Below are positions 34,836-37,049 of a stretch of DNA of 37,049 nucleotides, piece after piece. The stretch is from Octopus bimaculoides (Eukaryota). The stretch spans positions 44,399,912-44,436,960 of the forward strand of contig NC_068999.1 of the NCBI RefSeq assembly GCF_001194135.2, in the 5' to 3' direction. Position 1 is the first letter of the stretch; each line of letters opens with the position of its first letter. A program made the position numbers and the translations under genes. The notes beneath the pieces are model-generated. The model searched no databases. It was not told where the DNA came from and was given only the letters and a program-made list of their open reading frames with translations.

Positions 34836-36688
34836 AAAGGTGATGGGAGAAAAACACAGACACAAACACGCACAAACACAGACACTCACGCACATACACA
34901 CACATTCACACACATACGCAAACACACACATACACGCACAATCACACACACATGCACACAAACACACAAATATTCACACAGTCACACATACACACACAAG
35001 CACACACAAAGACACACACACAAGCACACACCCATACACACAGCACATACACATATACACACACAAGCACACCCACAGACCCCCCCACACACACACACAC
35101 ACACGCACACACTCAAACAGCACATGTACATGCAGAATGACTTTCAAACTCGCACACACTCCAAGAAAAGAAAAATCAAAATTTCTCGTGTTATCAGTTT
35201 TCAATCAACTGCTTATAACTCGAAGCTGTATGTCATGGCTAAATCTTAACTCTTTCTGACTAATATCCTCCCTCAACATCCACGCACTCACACCAGGCCG
35301 CCCCCTCCAAAGAAAAAAGGAGAGATTGCTAATACGACTAACAGATTCCCTCAAGAAAGAAACAGTCATTAGAGCAGTCAGTTCGTTTAAGCCGTTATAT
35401 TTTCTGGATGGTTGAAATTCCAATTCTTCTGGGACCTTATATTCTTGTTGAAAAACCAAAAGCTTTTCATTTCCCCACCTTGTCAAATCACGACTCCTTG
35501 TCACTTTGAGCTGTTAAATCTTCGCGGTTCATTGCAATCGCTGTCAATAAAATGAAAAGTTAACACCAAACGTGTCTTAAATACAGGACGGTGTCTAATC
35601 TCGTATATGTTCGTTGGTCTATATTGTATTTAGCAATTTTTGATGTCATATTTTTACACACGATCCAAACAGGAGTACTTTTGTAAACTAATCGCAAAGA
35701 AGGATTTAATCGCTCAGCTTTAAGAAGATAAAACGAATTGAAGATTACATTTTAGTGTCAATTAAATCGAATCATTTCGGATTATACTTCGACGTGTGTT
35801 TTGTTTTTGTTCTTCTTTTAACTTGAAAGAAATCGAGTCTTTGTAGAATAATAAATGCTGATTAATTTTAAAGTTATCGGCTAAAAGATGATGTGATGGT
35901 AGAAATCCGCAGAACGATGAATTCGAAGGAGCGGCGGAGTTGGTTGGGTGATGAGGAATGTAGCTAAAAGTGAGTGTGGAAATTGTGAATCTCGATCGCG
36001 GATTAGAAAATTGAGGTGGAGATGTTGTGAGTGGAATGGTAACGGAAGAAGTGGTAGGGAGAAAGGTACAATGAACTGGGAGAGGAGTGTAAAATACTGA
36101 AAAGAATGGAGAGCAGGAAATTTGAAATGAAATATTTGGATAGGAAGAATACGAAAGAGGGATTGAAGTGTGTGTACGAGGGAAGAACTGATATACATAC
36201 ATACGCACGCGTGCACACACACGTACACACACACCACACACACATATGTATTTGATAAAACCTTGTTGAGACCGAAAGAATGTGAAATGACGCGTAGTGA
36301 TATTTTGAGGCATTTCTTTTTTAAACAAAGAAAGTGCGTTTTATATGGAAAAAATACGATATTTTACTGATACCAGTTATATATATATATACATATATAT
36401 CAGTAAATGACCAGCTGTATAAGTAAAATATAATAATAGATAAACAACTGACGGAATTAATGCCAGGCGGTGTGGCGACTAGTAGATGACTGAATGCAGA
36501 ATAAAATGAATTCTGGATTCTAATAATTAAGATGCAGCCATCTTAAAATCCTTAAGGGCTTCTCGTAACATTTTACGGATATGCAGCTTGCGGCACAATA
36601 TATATGTCTATATGGTTTGTGTGTACATGTCTCTATATTTACGTGTGCGTGTATTTACATGCAAACATATTTAGACACACGCACGCGC

Positions 36689-36733
<45 letters not shown>

Positions 36734-36873
36734 ATGTGCGTGTGATCTTTTGACTGGATACTTCTAACTAACAAACAATGGACGGTTGAATGCAGTTAAA
36801 TGTCACGGGCTGCATGGGGCTACGGATATATAATCGTTATTTCTGAGGTCAAAGCACGTCGATCATGTGATTT

Positions 36874-36915
36874 AAGAAAACAACTCGTAAAAGAAAACAA
36901 CTCGTAAAAGAAAAC
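36874..36915. repeat. 17-bp tandem duplication
   Basis: AAGAAAACAACTCGTAA x2 plus a partial third unit. Confidence 0.85.
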
Positions 36916-37049
36916 TCATCGTTCAGAGATACAATTCGAAAACATAAGGTGTTTCCTTAATAAATAGGAAAATACAATAACACGCGTGTGTTTGCGAGTG
37001 TTTGCGCATGTGTGGGTGAATGTGTATGTACGTGTGTGTGTATATATAT

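Noticed and set aside
35762-36328. 188-aa minus-strand ORF, the longest gap-free non-triplet ORF in the window
   Set aside because: It runs through (TG)n and a pyrimidine-rich low-complexity strand that is naturally poor in stop codons; S/P/T/F-biased with no motif.

Overview
Eukaryotic, AT-rich, repeat-dominated DNA that is most likely intronic or intergenic. It holds 12 N-gaps totalling about 4.4 kb, almost all flanked by microsatellites. The SINE families and the dense di-, tri- and tetranucleotide microsatellites strongly resemble a coleoid cephalopod (Octopus) short-read assembly; this is pattern recognition, not a database result. I recognise no host gene, RNA gene, CRISPR array or prokaryotic system. 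Nearly all ORFs in the supplied track are artefacts of microsatellites or N-runs. Well-supported content: (i) about 15 copies or fragments of three tRNA-derived SINE families, labelled A, B and C here; (ii) two degenerate pieces of an R4/Dong-type non-LTR retrotransposon (CCHC knuckle and restriction-like endonuclease) lying in permuted order; (iii) three strong inverted repeats: a 129-bp MITE-like element, a 46-nt pre-miRNA-like hairpin, and a perfect 22-bp fold-back at a SINE-SINE junction. Several short splice-site-bounded segments, including a 21-nt micro-exon candidate, could be exons of an unidentified long-intron gene. They occur on both strands and are unconfirmed. I found no convincing evidence of a new biological system.
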